Assembly (NCBI GenBank): GCA_016219175.1
Contig: JACRCD010000017.1
Coordinates: forward strand, 36,446-100,445
Direction of reading: 5' to 3'
DNA: 64,000 bases
From: Deltaproteobacteria bacterium
Lineage (GTDB): Bacteria > Desulfobacterota > Desulfobulbia > Desulfobulbales > SURF-16
Part shown: positions 18,282 through 26,565 of the stretch, one piece after another
Position numbering within the stretch: the stretch's first letter is position 1
Layout: every line of letters begins with the position of its first letter
Translations under genes and position numbers: made by a program
Notes under the pieces: generated by a model
Told to the model about the DNA's origin: nothing
The model's input: the letters and a program-made list of their open reading frames with translations, nothing else
Database searches by the model: none

Positions 18282-20927
18282 ATGATCTCTTTCCGCATCC
18301 GCACCCATCTTATTTTTTACCTGTCGGTTGTCACCTTTTTGCTTACCGCGTCCATCATCTCCCTCTATACCTTGCAGTTTAAGGAGCACGGGTTAAAGTC
18401 ACTGTCCGAATACGGCCTGACCATCACCAAGGATCTTTCCCTGGCCATCGCCGATCATATCATTACTGAAAATTACGGCCCCATGCAGGACCTGGTTCAG
18501 GATTTCTCCGCTCTACCGAACGTGACTTCCATCGAGTTCAGCGATCCATACTGGACCATACTCGCCGCCACCGATATCAACGTGCTCGGCGCCATGATGA
18601 ATAAGGAGGCAGAGGGAAAAGAGCTCATGCTGAATAAATCCCTCACTGTCCATCTCGACCCTGGGACAAACCGGCTCATCGTCACCACCCCGGTTTATAT
18701 GGAAAAAAAACTGACAGGCCACATCAGGCTTTTTCTGTCCCTGCATGATATGCTTGTCCACATCACGGACATCCAGAAAAAAGGGGCGCTGACCGGACTG
18801 TTCTTCTGGCTTGGCGCTGTCTTGTTCGGCTACTTTGCCTCCCGCCGGCTGACCAGGCCGATGCAGAACTTCATGCAGGCCACCGAAAGCATAAGCCAGG
18901 GAAACTTCAATGTGGCGCTGCCCTCATCCAGGCTGTTTCTGGAACTGGAGAAATTCGCCACCGCCCTTGGCGTTATGGCCCACGCCATTGAGGCCCGGGA
19001 AATGGCGCTGCGCACCTCGGAAAAAAAATTCCGCCACCTTTTCCAGCGTGCCATGGAAGGGATCTTTGTCTGCGACCGGCACGGCGTTTTCAATGATATT
19101 AACCCTGCCCTGGTCGACATTCTCGGTTACCCGGCCAAGGAAGAGCTCCTTGCCCGCAATCTCTTCACCGACATCTTTGCCGGGCCGGAAGCAGTTCCGA
19201 TTTTTCAAAGGGTCATAAAAAACCAGTCCTTTATCAAAGGATACGAGCTGCCGTTTCTGCGGAAGGATGGCGGCCGCATCATTGTCTCTCTGTCCTGCCA
19301 CGCCGTGCTGGGCGACCAGGGGGAAATCAGCAGATATGAAGGCATGCTGCGGGATATCACCAAGCAGAAGAATGCGGCGGAGGAAATCGCCCGCATGCGC
19401 AATTATCTCAACAATATCATTGAATCGATGCCATCCATGCTGATAGCCGTCGATGAAAATTCACAGGTTACCCAGTGGAATTCCGCGGCCTTTGAGGCGA
19501 CAGGCATTTCTTCCGTTGAAGCCATCGGCAGAAAAATATGGGAAATCGCCCCGTTTTTCAACAAATACAGTGAGCATCTCAAACGCATCAGCACGGATCG
19601 GAAACCGATCAAGCTGCACCGCGAACTGCTTGCCAGCCACGACGAGAAGACATATAACCTCACCTTTTTCCCTCTTGTCGCCAACGGTACTTCGGGTATA
19701 GCCATCAGACTCGATGACATAACCGAACTCGAGATGAAGGAAAAGCAGCTGCGCCAGGCCCAGAAAATGGAGTCAGTCGGCACCCTGGCCGGAGGATTGG
19801 CCCACGACTTCAATAACGTGCTGGGGGCCATACTGGGCACACTCTCTCTCATCCAGTTCAGAATGGACAAACGGGAACATGTCCCTGATGGCGAATTGCG
19901 GGAATACGTGGAAAGGATGGCGGCGGCTGGCTACCGGGCCGCGGATCTGGTCCGGCAGCTCCTGACCCTTTCCCGTAAACAGGAAGTGAATCTGGCGCCG
20001 GTTGATCTCAATCTCTCCATAAAGCATATCCGTAAAATCGGGGAAAACACCTTTGACAAATCAGTAAAAATCATGACCGGCCAGACAGCGGGGCCGGCAT
20101 ACATCATGGCCGATCCCACCCAGATTGAGCAGGTGCTGTTAAATCTCTGCATAAACGCCGTGCATGCCATGACCTTCATGCGCGAAAAGGATCCCTGGGG
20201 GGGCACCCTGACCATTGCCCTGGGAAAAGTCATCTCTGACGAGACCTTCTGCAAATACCATCCGGAGGCAAAGGAAATACCTTACTGGATGCTGTCAATC
20301 AGCGACAACGGCATCGGCATGGACACCAGGACCGTCTCCAAAATCTTTGATCCGTTTTTCACCACCAAGGACAAGAGCAAGGGCACCGGCTTGGGCTTGA
20401 CCATGGTCTATAACATCATCAAGCAGCTGGATGGTTTTATCGATGTTTATTCCGAAAAAGGGCGGGGCTCCACCTTCAATGTCTATATCCCCCTTCTTGT
20501 CCGGACCGTCCAGGAGAGCGCCGGCGAGACGAAACCGGAAATCCTGCGCGGCGAAGGCTGCGTTCTGGTGATTGATGACGACGAGATCCTGCGTGAGACG
20601 GCGCGGGCCATTCTGGAATCGGTCGGCTACTGCGTGCTGATTGCCGGGGACGGCAAGGAGGGTGTTGAAATCTACCGGGAAAAGCATGACAGTGTAAACG
20701 CCATCCTGCTTGACATGATTATGCCCGTCATGTCCGGCAGGGAGGCCTATATCGCGTTGAAGAAAATCAATCCGGAAGTGAAGGTGCTGCTCAGTTCAGG
20801 CTTCAGGAATGATTCCCGCATTGAAGAGGTGATGCAGCTGGGGGTCAACGGTTTTCTGCAGAAACCTTACACCCTGGAAACCCTGACCAGGGCCATCAAG
20901 GAAACCATCGAAGGGGAAGCGGAATAA
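18282..20927 (+). CDS. hybrid sensor histidine kinase/response regulator (TM-sensor, HAMP, PAS x2, HisKA, HATPase, REC)
   Basis: H-box LAHDFNNVL, G-boxes GTGLGLTMV, and C-terminal REC (VLVIDDDE...LLDMIMPVMSG). Confidence 0.9.
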   Translation: MISFRIRTHLIFYLSVVTFLLTASIISLYTLQFKEHGLKSLSEYGLTITKDLSLAIADHIITENYGPMQDLVQDFSALPNVTSIEFSDPYWTILAATDINVLGAMMNKEAEGKELMLNKSLTVHLDPGTNRLIVTTPVYMEKKLTGHIRLFLSLHDMLVHITDIQKKGALTGLFFWLGAVLFGYFASRRLTRPMQNFMQATESISQGNFNVALPSSRLFLELEKFATALGVMAHAIEAREMALRTSEKKFRHLFQRAMEGIFVCDRHGVFNDINPALVDILGYPAKEELLARNLFTDIFAGPEAVPIFQRVIKNQSFIKGYELPFLRKDGGRIIVSLSCHAVLGDQGEISRYEGMLRDITKQKNAAEEIARMRNYLNNIIESMPSMLIAVDENSQVTQWNSAAFEATGISSVEAIGRKIWEIAPFFNKYSEHLKRISTDRKPIKLHRELLASHDEKTYNLTFFPLVANGTSGIAIRLDDITELEMKEKQLRQAQKMESVGTLAGGLAHDFNNVLGAILGTLSLIQFRMDKREHVPDGELREYVERMAAAGYRAADLVRQLLTLSRKQEVNLAPVDLNLSIKHIRKIGENTFDKSVKIMTGQTAGPAYIMADPTQIEQVLLNLCINAVHAMTFMREKDPWGGTLTIALGKVISDETFCKYHPEAKEIPYWMLSISDNGIGMDTRTVSKIFDPFFTTKDKSKGTGLGLTMVYNIIKQLDGFIDVYSEKGRGSTFNVYIPLLVRTVQESAGETKPEILRGEGCVLVIDDDEILRETARAILESVGYCVLIAGDGKEGVEIYREKHDSVNAILLDMIMPVMSGREAYIALKKINPEVKVLLSSGFRNDSRIEEVMQLGVNGFLQKPYTLETLTRAIKETIEGEAE

Positions 20928-20938
20928 CGGAGCCCGGA

Positions 20939-21514
20939 CTACTGCCCACTGCAGCGCTCTCCCCTTTTCCGGGCGCACTTATGGCAATAACCGTTTTGTA
21001 TCTCCACCCCGGTTTTCCGTTGCAGATAATTCTCCAAGGAGAACCACCCTCCCTCGCCCGGCTGCCGGCCGGCATCGTCTCTGATTTTTTTACAGACAGC
21101 GCAAACGGGCAGGATATTTTCAAAATATCTGACCTTTTTACGCAACTCTTCCCTGTCCAGAGCGCGCTTTACCCGGAGCAGCAGCTCTTCAATGTCGCAC
21201 GGCTTGATGAGATAATCATCAGCCCCCAGCCGCAAGGCCTCAATGGCGGAGGTGAGATCGGCATAGCCCGTGATCAGGCAGACCCCCATATCCGGATAGA
21301 TTTCCCTGGCTCTTTGCAGAAGTTCGGTGCCGCTCATCCCTTCCATAAGCAAATCACTGACCAGCAGGTTATACGAATTTGCCTGCAGCCTTGCCAGTCC
21401 CTCCTCCCCGTTGCCTGCGGTATCCACCTCATAGCCCTGGTGGGTGAGACTCCATTGGAGCGTTTTCAGGATAATCTTTTCGTCATCGACAACAAGAATT
21501 CTTTTTTTTTGCAT
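20939..21514 (-). CDS. response regulator: REC domain plus Cys-rich C-terminal domain
   Basis: REC motifs (ILVVDDE, LVSDLLMEGMSG). The C-terminal PVCAVCKKIRDD...WFSLENYL...GYCHKCARK motif is seen in other signalling proteins and has no known function. Start is ATG 21514, 18 nt after the upstream gene stop. Confidence 0.8.
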   Translation of the reverse strand: MQKKRILVVDDEKIILKTLQWSLTHQGYEVDTAGNGEEGLARLQANSYNLLVSDLLMEGMSGTELLQRAREIYPDMGVCLITGYADLTSAIEALRLGADDYLIKPCDIEELLLRVKRALDREELRKKVRYFENILPVCAVCKKIRDDAGRQPGEGGWFSLENYLQRKTGVEIQNGYCHKCARKRGERCSGQ

Positions 21515-21531
21515 GATTACCGGATGCCCTC

Positions 21532-23421
21532 TTACCTGGCCGCCACACGACCGCTGCCCTTCCATCCCGCCTGCCTGATCTGCCTGACAAAATTTTCGGC
21601 GATCTCCCACTTATTAAGAGGACTGATCAGATAAAGACCATCGACAAAGGGAGCAAGATCCGCCACCAGCTTTTCGGTGATTTCCATGGCGGCCTTGCGC
21701 TGATCGGCAACAGCTTCATAGCTCCAGAGTTTTTTGCGAATCTCCGCGGGGATGGAAATTCCCGGCACCTCATTATGAAGAAAATCCGCGTTGCGGGCCG
21801 AAATCAACGGAAAAATCCCTGGAAAGATCAGCACGTTCAGATGTCTGGTCTGTTCAACCATGTCCTCAACCACGTTTTTGTCGAAAAGAGGCTGGGTCAT
21901 GACAAAATGAACGCCCTGAGCCGCTTTGCGTTCCAGCCTGGCAATCTGCAGGGCCGGATTGGCGGAACGGAAACTGAAGGCCGCGCCAATGGAGAACCGG
22001 GTCGGCAGCTTGATTGATTGGCCGGCCATGTTCAGCCCTTGATTATACTGGCTGATCATGCGGATAAGGCCAAGGGAGTTGACATCAAAAACACCGCTGA
22101 CCCCCGGCTGGTCCGTGGAACTGGCCGAGTCGCCTGTTACGGCGAGAATCGCCTCGATTCCCAGGATATGGGCGGCCATGATATGCGACTGGAGCCCCAG
22201 GGCATTCTGATCCCGGCAGGTCTGATGCAGCACCACCTGCACCCCGGTCTCCTCCCTGATGCGGTGGGCAAGGGCAATGTTGCCGGCGCGCAGGATGGCC
22301 AGGGGGTTCTCGCCCAGGGTCACGGCGTCAACTCCGCTGGCCGCCAGGGAACGTGCTCCGGCCAGCACATTGTCGATATCCAGATGGGTGGGCGGGTCAA
22401 GTTCAACCAGCACGGGAAGACGGCCGGAGTCCAGACTGTCAAGAAAACCACCCCGGCCGCTCTTTTTTACCGCGGCCGGCTCCGCGGGAGCCTCCTGGGG
22501 TGAGGCGGAAACGACAATCGATTGCGGCTCTTTTTTATGCCGGAGCTTCAGGGTTTTGCGGAATTCATGGATATGGGCCGGGGTGGTGCCGCAACAGCCG
22601 CCGATGAGACGCACCCCCATCTTCAGCATTTCCGCGGCCCTCCTGGCCATATAGACCGGCTGGGCGGGATAGACCATGCGATGGCCTATCACCTCGGGGA
22701 GCCCGGCATTGGGAAAGGCGGAAAGAGGCACATGTTCTTCAGCCAGGGGCAGAAGATGACCGATGGCGGTCGACATGGCGTCAATCCCCCGGCCGCAGTT
22801 GGTGCCCACCACCGTGGCCCCGGCAGCCAGAGCTGCTTTGGCGCAGCTCAAGGCATCCTTGCCGCGGGCGGTCCTGCCCTGGGACGGATAGAGCATCTGG
22901 GCGACAATGGGCAGACCGCTGCCGGCCTGCAGCGCGGCCTCAATGGCCAACAGCACTTCTTCCAGGTGGGTGAATGTTTCAAGAATGAGCAGATCGACTC
23001 CGCCTTCTGCCAGGGCGCTGATCTGCGCCGCAAAGGAGGCCTTGATATCGGCGGGGGATACCTCCCCGGAAATCAAGGGGAATTCCACCCCGCTGGGTCC
23101 CACGGAGCCGGCCACATAGACATCATGCCCCGCGGCCTTGACCGCCAGTCTGGCCCCGGCCAGATTGATCTCGGCAACCTGCTCTTCCTTGCCGGCCCTC
23201 TGCAGCTTGAAGCTGTTGGCGCCGAAGGTGTTTGTTTCGATGAGCTGGCTGCCGGCCCGGATATATTCCTCGTGGACGGAATAGATCAGCTCGGGGTTTT
23301 TCAGATTGAGCAGATCTATGTTTTTGCCGACATCAATGCCTTTTTCATAGAGATAGGTGCCAAACGCGCCATCTCCCAGGATGACATGCTCCTTGATATA
23401 ATCGGAAAACTTGATTTTCAT
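21532..23421 (-). CDS. bifunctional homocysteine S-methyltransferase / methylenetetrahydrofolate reductase (YitJ-like)
   Basis: N-terminal Hcy-binding domain (ILGDGAFGT, GGCCGTTPAHI zinc site) and C-terminal MTHFR-like domain. The ATG at 23421 (MKIKFSDY) is preferred over TTG 23436. Confidence 0.85.
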   Translation of the reverse strand: MKIKFSDYIKEHVILGDGAFGTYLYEKGIDVGKNIDLLNLKNPELIYSVHEEYIRAGSQLIETNTFGANSFKLQRAGKEEQVAEINLAGARLAVKAAGHDVYVAGSVGPSGVEFPLISGEVSPADIKASFAAQISALAEGGVDLLILETFTHLEEVLLAIEAALQAGSGLPIVAQMLYPSQGRTARGKDALSCAKAALAAGATVVGTNCGRGIDAMSTAIGHLLPLAEEHVPLSAFPNAGLPEVIGHRMVYPAQPVYMARRAAEMLKMGVRLIGGCCGTTPAHIHEFRKTLKLRHKKEPQSIVVSASPQEAPAEPAAVKKSGRGGFLDSLDSGRLPVLVELDPPTHLDIDNVLAGARSLAASGVDAVTLGENPLAILRAGNIALAHRIREETGVQVVLHQTCRDQNALGLQSHIMAAHILGIEAILAVTGDSASSTDQPGVSGVFDVNSLGLIRMISQYNQGLNMAGQSIKLPTRFSIGAAFSFRSANPALQIARLERKAAQGVHFVMTQPLFDKNVVEDMVEQTRHLNVLIFPGIFPLISARNADFLHNEVPGISIPAEIRKKLWSYEAVADQRKAAMEITEKLVADLAPFVDGLYLISPLNKWEIAENFVRQIRQAGWKGSGRVAAR

Positions 23422-23525
23422 CGGACAGACCCGCAATGATTATGGTGGTTATGCTCTCATGTTTGCCTCACTGTAACAGAGAATAAAGTCATAGTAAATC
23501 ATTGCTGTCTGATAATTAATCAATA

Positions 23526-23547
23526 AAAAAAGGCCCATGCCTTTTTG
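23526..23547. terminator. weak A-tract/hairpin/T-tract element (possible bidirectional terminator)
   Basis: AAAAAGGC-CCAT-GCCTTTTT has only 3 G-C pairs, so it is marginal. No intact convergent genes flank it. Confidence 0.3.
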
Positions 23548-23591
23548 CAATCAAGACGGCATCCAGCCAATATCCCCGAGCGAAAGGGACA

Positions 23592-23918
23592 TTGAATGAC
23601 TTCACCGGCGGAATCTACCTTGGTGGCGGCGCAACAACAATTTCCAACTCCATCCTTTGCAACAACGCCCCGGAACAGGTTTTCGGCCAGGGCGCCCTGG
23701 CAATAACCTGTTCCAAGGTCATGAACGGCTACCCGGAAACCGGTAATAGCAACGCCGGCCCTCTCTTTGCTCTGGAGGATGATTACCACCTGAACCCGGA
23801 ATCACCGTGTATTGCCGCGGGCACGGAGCCGGACGGTCCAGCCGGTGATATCAATGGAGATCCCCGGCCTCGGGGGGCGGGATTTGACATGGGGGCGGAT
23901 GAATTAATACTGCGATGA
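23592..23918 (+). pseudogene. orphan C-terminal fragment of a right-handed beta-helix (choice-of-anchor-Q-like) protein
   Basis: The 108-aa ORF (GGIYLGGGATTISNSIL...DYHLNPESPCIAAG...DINGDPRP...GFDMGADE) looks like the last turns of a much larger secreted beta-helix protein. It has no signal peptide and no ATG (TTG only), and the upstream frame closes at 23517. Confidence 0.4.
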
Positions 23919-24053
23919 TTTTTACGAGTTCATCAATCTTGACAGCTGACAACATAAAAAAATGAAAATTTCCTCACTTTTCACCTGTGGGAAAGAGTAT
24001 AATGAACAGCAAATTAAAAAAAATATCGCTACGCCGGCGAAGAGGAGGAGCTC

Positions 24054-24503
24054 ATGACCGTGGGAGAATTCTGTAACCGGGAGGTGGTTGTTGCCGAAAA
24101 AGAAACAACTATTGTTGAGGCGGCAAAGCTGATGCGAAAGTACCATGTGGGGGACCTGGTGGTCGTCGACCGCAGCGGCGGCAGGACGATCCCCGTCGGC
24201 ATCGTTACCGACCGGGACATCGTGGTGGAACTCGTCGCAGGCGAGGTTGATCTGGATGCGGCATGTGCCGGTGACATCATGAGCCATGAACTCATGACGG
24301 CCGGAGATCATGACGGTATCCTGGAGACCTTGCAGAAAATGCGCGGCAAGGGCATTCGCCGGCTGCCGGTGGTCAATGGTCAGGGCGGGCTTGAGGGAAT
24401 ACTGGCCATTGACGACCTACTCGAACTCCTGGCCGAAGAGTTGACCTTGCTTGCCAAGGCAGCTGGACGCGGCCAGGAGCGGGAAAGAAAATTGCGGCCC
24501 TGA
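24054..24503 (+). CDS. CBS domain pair protein
   Basis: Two CBS repeats (VGDLVVVD..., IRRLPVVN...); GAGGAGG SD. Confidence 0.85.
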   Translation: MTVGEFCNREVVVAEKETTIVEAAKLMRKYHVGDLVVVDRSGGRTIPVGIVTDRDIVVELVAGEVDLDAACAGDIMSHELMTAGDHDGILETLQKMRGKGIRRLPVVNGQGGLEGILAIDDLLELLAEELTLLAKAAGRGQERERKLRP

Positions 24504-24517
24504 ACGGAAAAACAGCC

Positions 24518-25531
24518 ATGAAGAAAGCCCTTTTTTATCGATCCGGAAAAAATGGGGAGGTCATCTGCACCCTCTGCAACCATCAGTGCCACATCAAGGA
24601 GGGAGACCGCGGCATCTGCGGGGTGCGGGAAAACAGGGAGGTCACCCTCTATTCCCTGGTCTATGGCAGACTGGTCTCGGAACACATCGATCCCATAGAA
24701 AAAAAACCGATGTTTCACATGCTGCCCGCCTCAAGATCCTATTCCATTTCCACGGTGGGCTGCAACTTCCGCTGTCTGCACTGCCAGAATTACCAGATCT
24801 CCCAGTATCCCCGCATGCATGGCGGAACAATCCCCGGCAGCCAGGCGACCCCGGAAGAGGTGGTTGACGCCGCCTTCCGGCAGGTCTGCCAGAGCATCAG
24901 CTACACCTACGTGGAGCCGACCATCTTCTATGAGTTTGCCTATGACTGCTGCCTGCTGGCCCGGGAAAGGGCCATCAAGAATATCTTTGTCAGCAACGGT
25001 TATATGTCGCCCGACGTCACCCGGCATCTTGCCCCGGTGCTTGACGGCATCAACATCGACATCAAGGCCTTTACCGACAATTTTTACCGCAAGGTCTGCA
25101 AGGCCCGCCTGCAGCCTGTTCTCGATAATGTGCGGCTCATGCGCGAACTGGGGGTGTGGGTGGAGGTGACGACCCTGATTATCCCCGAATGGAACGATTC
25201 CCCCGCGGAACTGCGGGACATTGCCCGTTTTTTAAAAAGTGTCGATCCCGCCATGCCCTGGCACGTGACGGCCTTCCACCCCACCTTTCAGATGACGGAC
25301 CGCAATCCCACTCCGGCAAGCACCCTGCGCCTGGCCAGGGAAATAGGCCTTGAGGAAGGATTACGTTTTGTTTATGAAGGAAATATTCCCGGCGAAGGCG
25401 GGGAAAACACTTACTGCCCCTCCTGCGGGGCGGAACTGATCAGCCGCTTCGGCTTCACCATCCTTAGAAATAATCTGGCCGACGGATGCTGCCACGTTTG
25501 CCAGGCGACAATTGAAGGGGTCTGGAAGTAA
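24518..25531 (+). CDS. amrS: AmmeMemoRadiSam system radical SAM enzyme
   Basis: N-terminal CTLCNHQCHIKEGDRGICGVREN motif, CNFRCLHCQN radical-SAM cluster motif, and a C-terminal CPSC...CCHVC motif. The overall pattern matches this PflA-like family. Confidence 0.8.
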   Translation: MKKALFYRSGKNGEVICTLCNHQCHIKEGDRGICGVRENREVTLYSLVYGRLVSEHIDPIEKKPMFHMLPASRSYSISTVGCNFRCLHCQNYQISQYPRMHGGTIPGSQATPEEVVDAAFRQVCQSISYTYVEPTIFYEFAYDCCLLARERAIKNIFVSNGYMSPDVTRHLAPVLDGINIDIKAFTDNFYRKVCKARLQPVLDNVRLMRELGVWVEVTTLIIPEWNDSPAELRDIARFLKSVDPAMPWHVTAFHPTFQMTDRNPTPASTLRLAREIGLEEGLRFVYEGNIPGEGGENTYCPSCGAELISRFGFTILRNNLADGCCHVCQATIEGVWK

Positions 25532-25535
25532 AAAA

Positions 25536-25574
25536 GGCCTGTCTCCCGGAAATTTCCGGGAGACAGGCCTTTTT
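25536..25574. terminator. bidirectional rho-independent terminator
   Basis: Perfect palindrome GGCCTGTCTCCCGGAAA/TTTCCGGGAGACAGGCC flanked by AAAAA (5') and TTTTT (3'), between convergent genes ending at 25531 and 25627. Confidence 0.8.
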
Positions 25575-25626
25575 AAGAATAACTGCCCGAGGGCAAGAGA
25601 AGACTCAGGTGGCTGCGGTCGCCTTC

Positions 25627-26382
25627 TTATTTATGATAATATTGCTGGGGCGTTTTGGTGACGATAAAATCAACTGCTTTCTGGATGCATACCCTGAGAG
25701 CCTTCTCCGTCGGGGTGTTTTTCCAGCCGCCGAGGCTTCCCACCAGTGCGCCGGAACTGCCGAACCCACCCATCAGTCCGCCCAGGTTCACATCGGTTGC
25801 TTCTCCTTCCACGCTGGTGGCGGCAATAACGCGGGACGTTTTGGCATCGATGATGCGCATATCAATGGCCATATGCGACTTCTTGAAACCGCCCACCAGG
25901 GAGCCGATCATGCCGGCCGTTCCGCCCCCGAGTCCGCCGCCGGCGCCGGAGGAATCCCCTTGAAATTCCGTTACTGCGGCAACGACCAGCAGTTCAGCGC
26001 CTTCAACCTCACCGATCTGGGCGGCGGTATCAGCCTTGACCCTGCCGGAGGCCCCCAGATCCTGTTCGCCCAGCACATCGTCAAGGGCCTGGCGTTCCAG
26101 AACGATATATCTGTTTGTGTTAAACAGGGCGGTGGTCAACTGATCCGCCATGCCGTCACCGATACTTCCCGACCACCAGCCGCCGCCCGTTTTATCCTTA
26201 AAGCGGGAAACAGCGATCCTGGCCTGCGGTCCGTCATACGCTACAGCCTGTGACTGCGCCATATCCGGGCTGCCCTGCCCTGAGGTAACCGTGGCGGTGG
26301 TGCCGGTGGATACGCAGCCGGCAAGCATGGCAATAACCGAAAGAAAAGCCAGAGACACGACAAAATTTAACTGCATTTTCAT
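25627..26382 (-). CDS. CsgG-family lipoprotein
   Basis: Lipobox MLAGC. RIAVSRFKDKTG...DGMADQLTTAL...YIVLERQALDDVLGEQ pattern and Gly-rich loop typical of the CsgG/HfaB family. Confidence 0.7.
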   Translation of the reverse strand: MKMQLNFVVSLAFLSVIAMLAGCVSTGTTATVTSGQGSPDMAQSQAVAYDGPQARIAVSRFKDKTGGGWWSGSIGDGMADQLTTALFNTNRYIVLERQALDDVLGEQDLGASGRVKADTAAQIGEVEGAELLVVAAVTEFQGDSSGAGGGLGGGTAGMIGSLVGGFKKSHMAIDMRIIDAKTSRVIAATSVEGEATDVNLGGLMGGFGSSGALVGSLGGWKNTPTEKALRVCIQKAVDFIVTKTPQQYYHK

Positions 26383-26565
26383 AATCAGATTCCCTCATAA
26401 AAAGAAATGTTTATTCCCTGCAAGCAAGAGTTCAACGGGCAAAAATAAAATTCTTTTTATTTTTGCCTCAATCATGATCGATTGTAAAGGAATTTACATA
26501 TAAATCTGCTATAATTTTAATTAGTAGGCACTTTAAGTTTGATATTTCATACGGAGATATAATAG

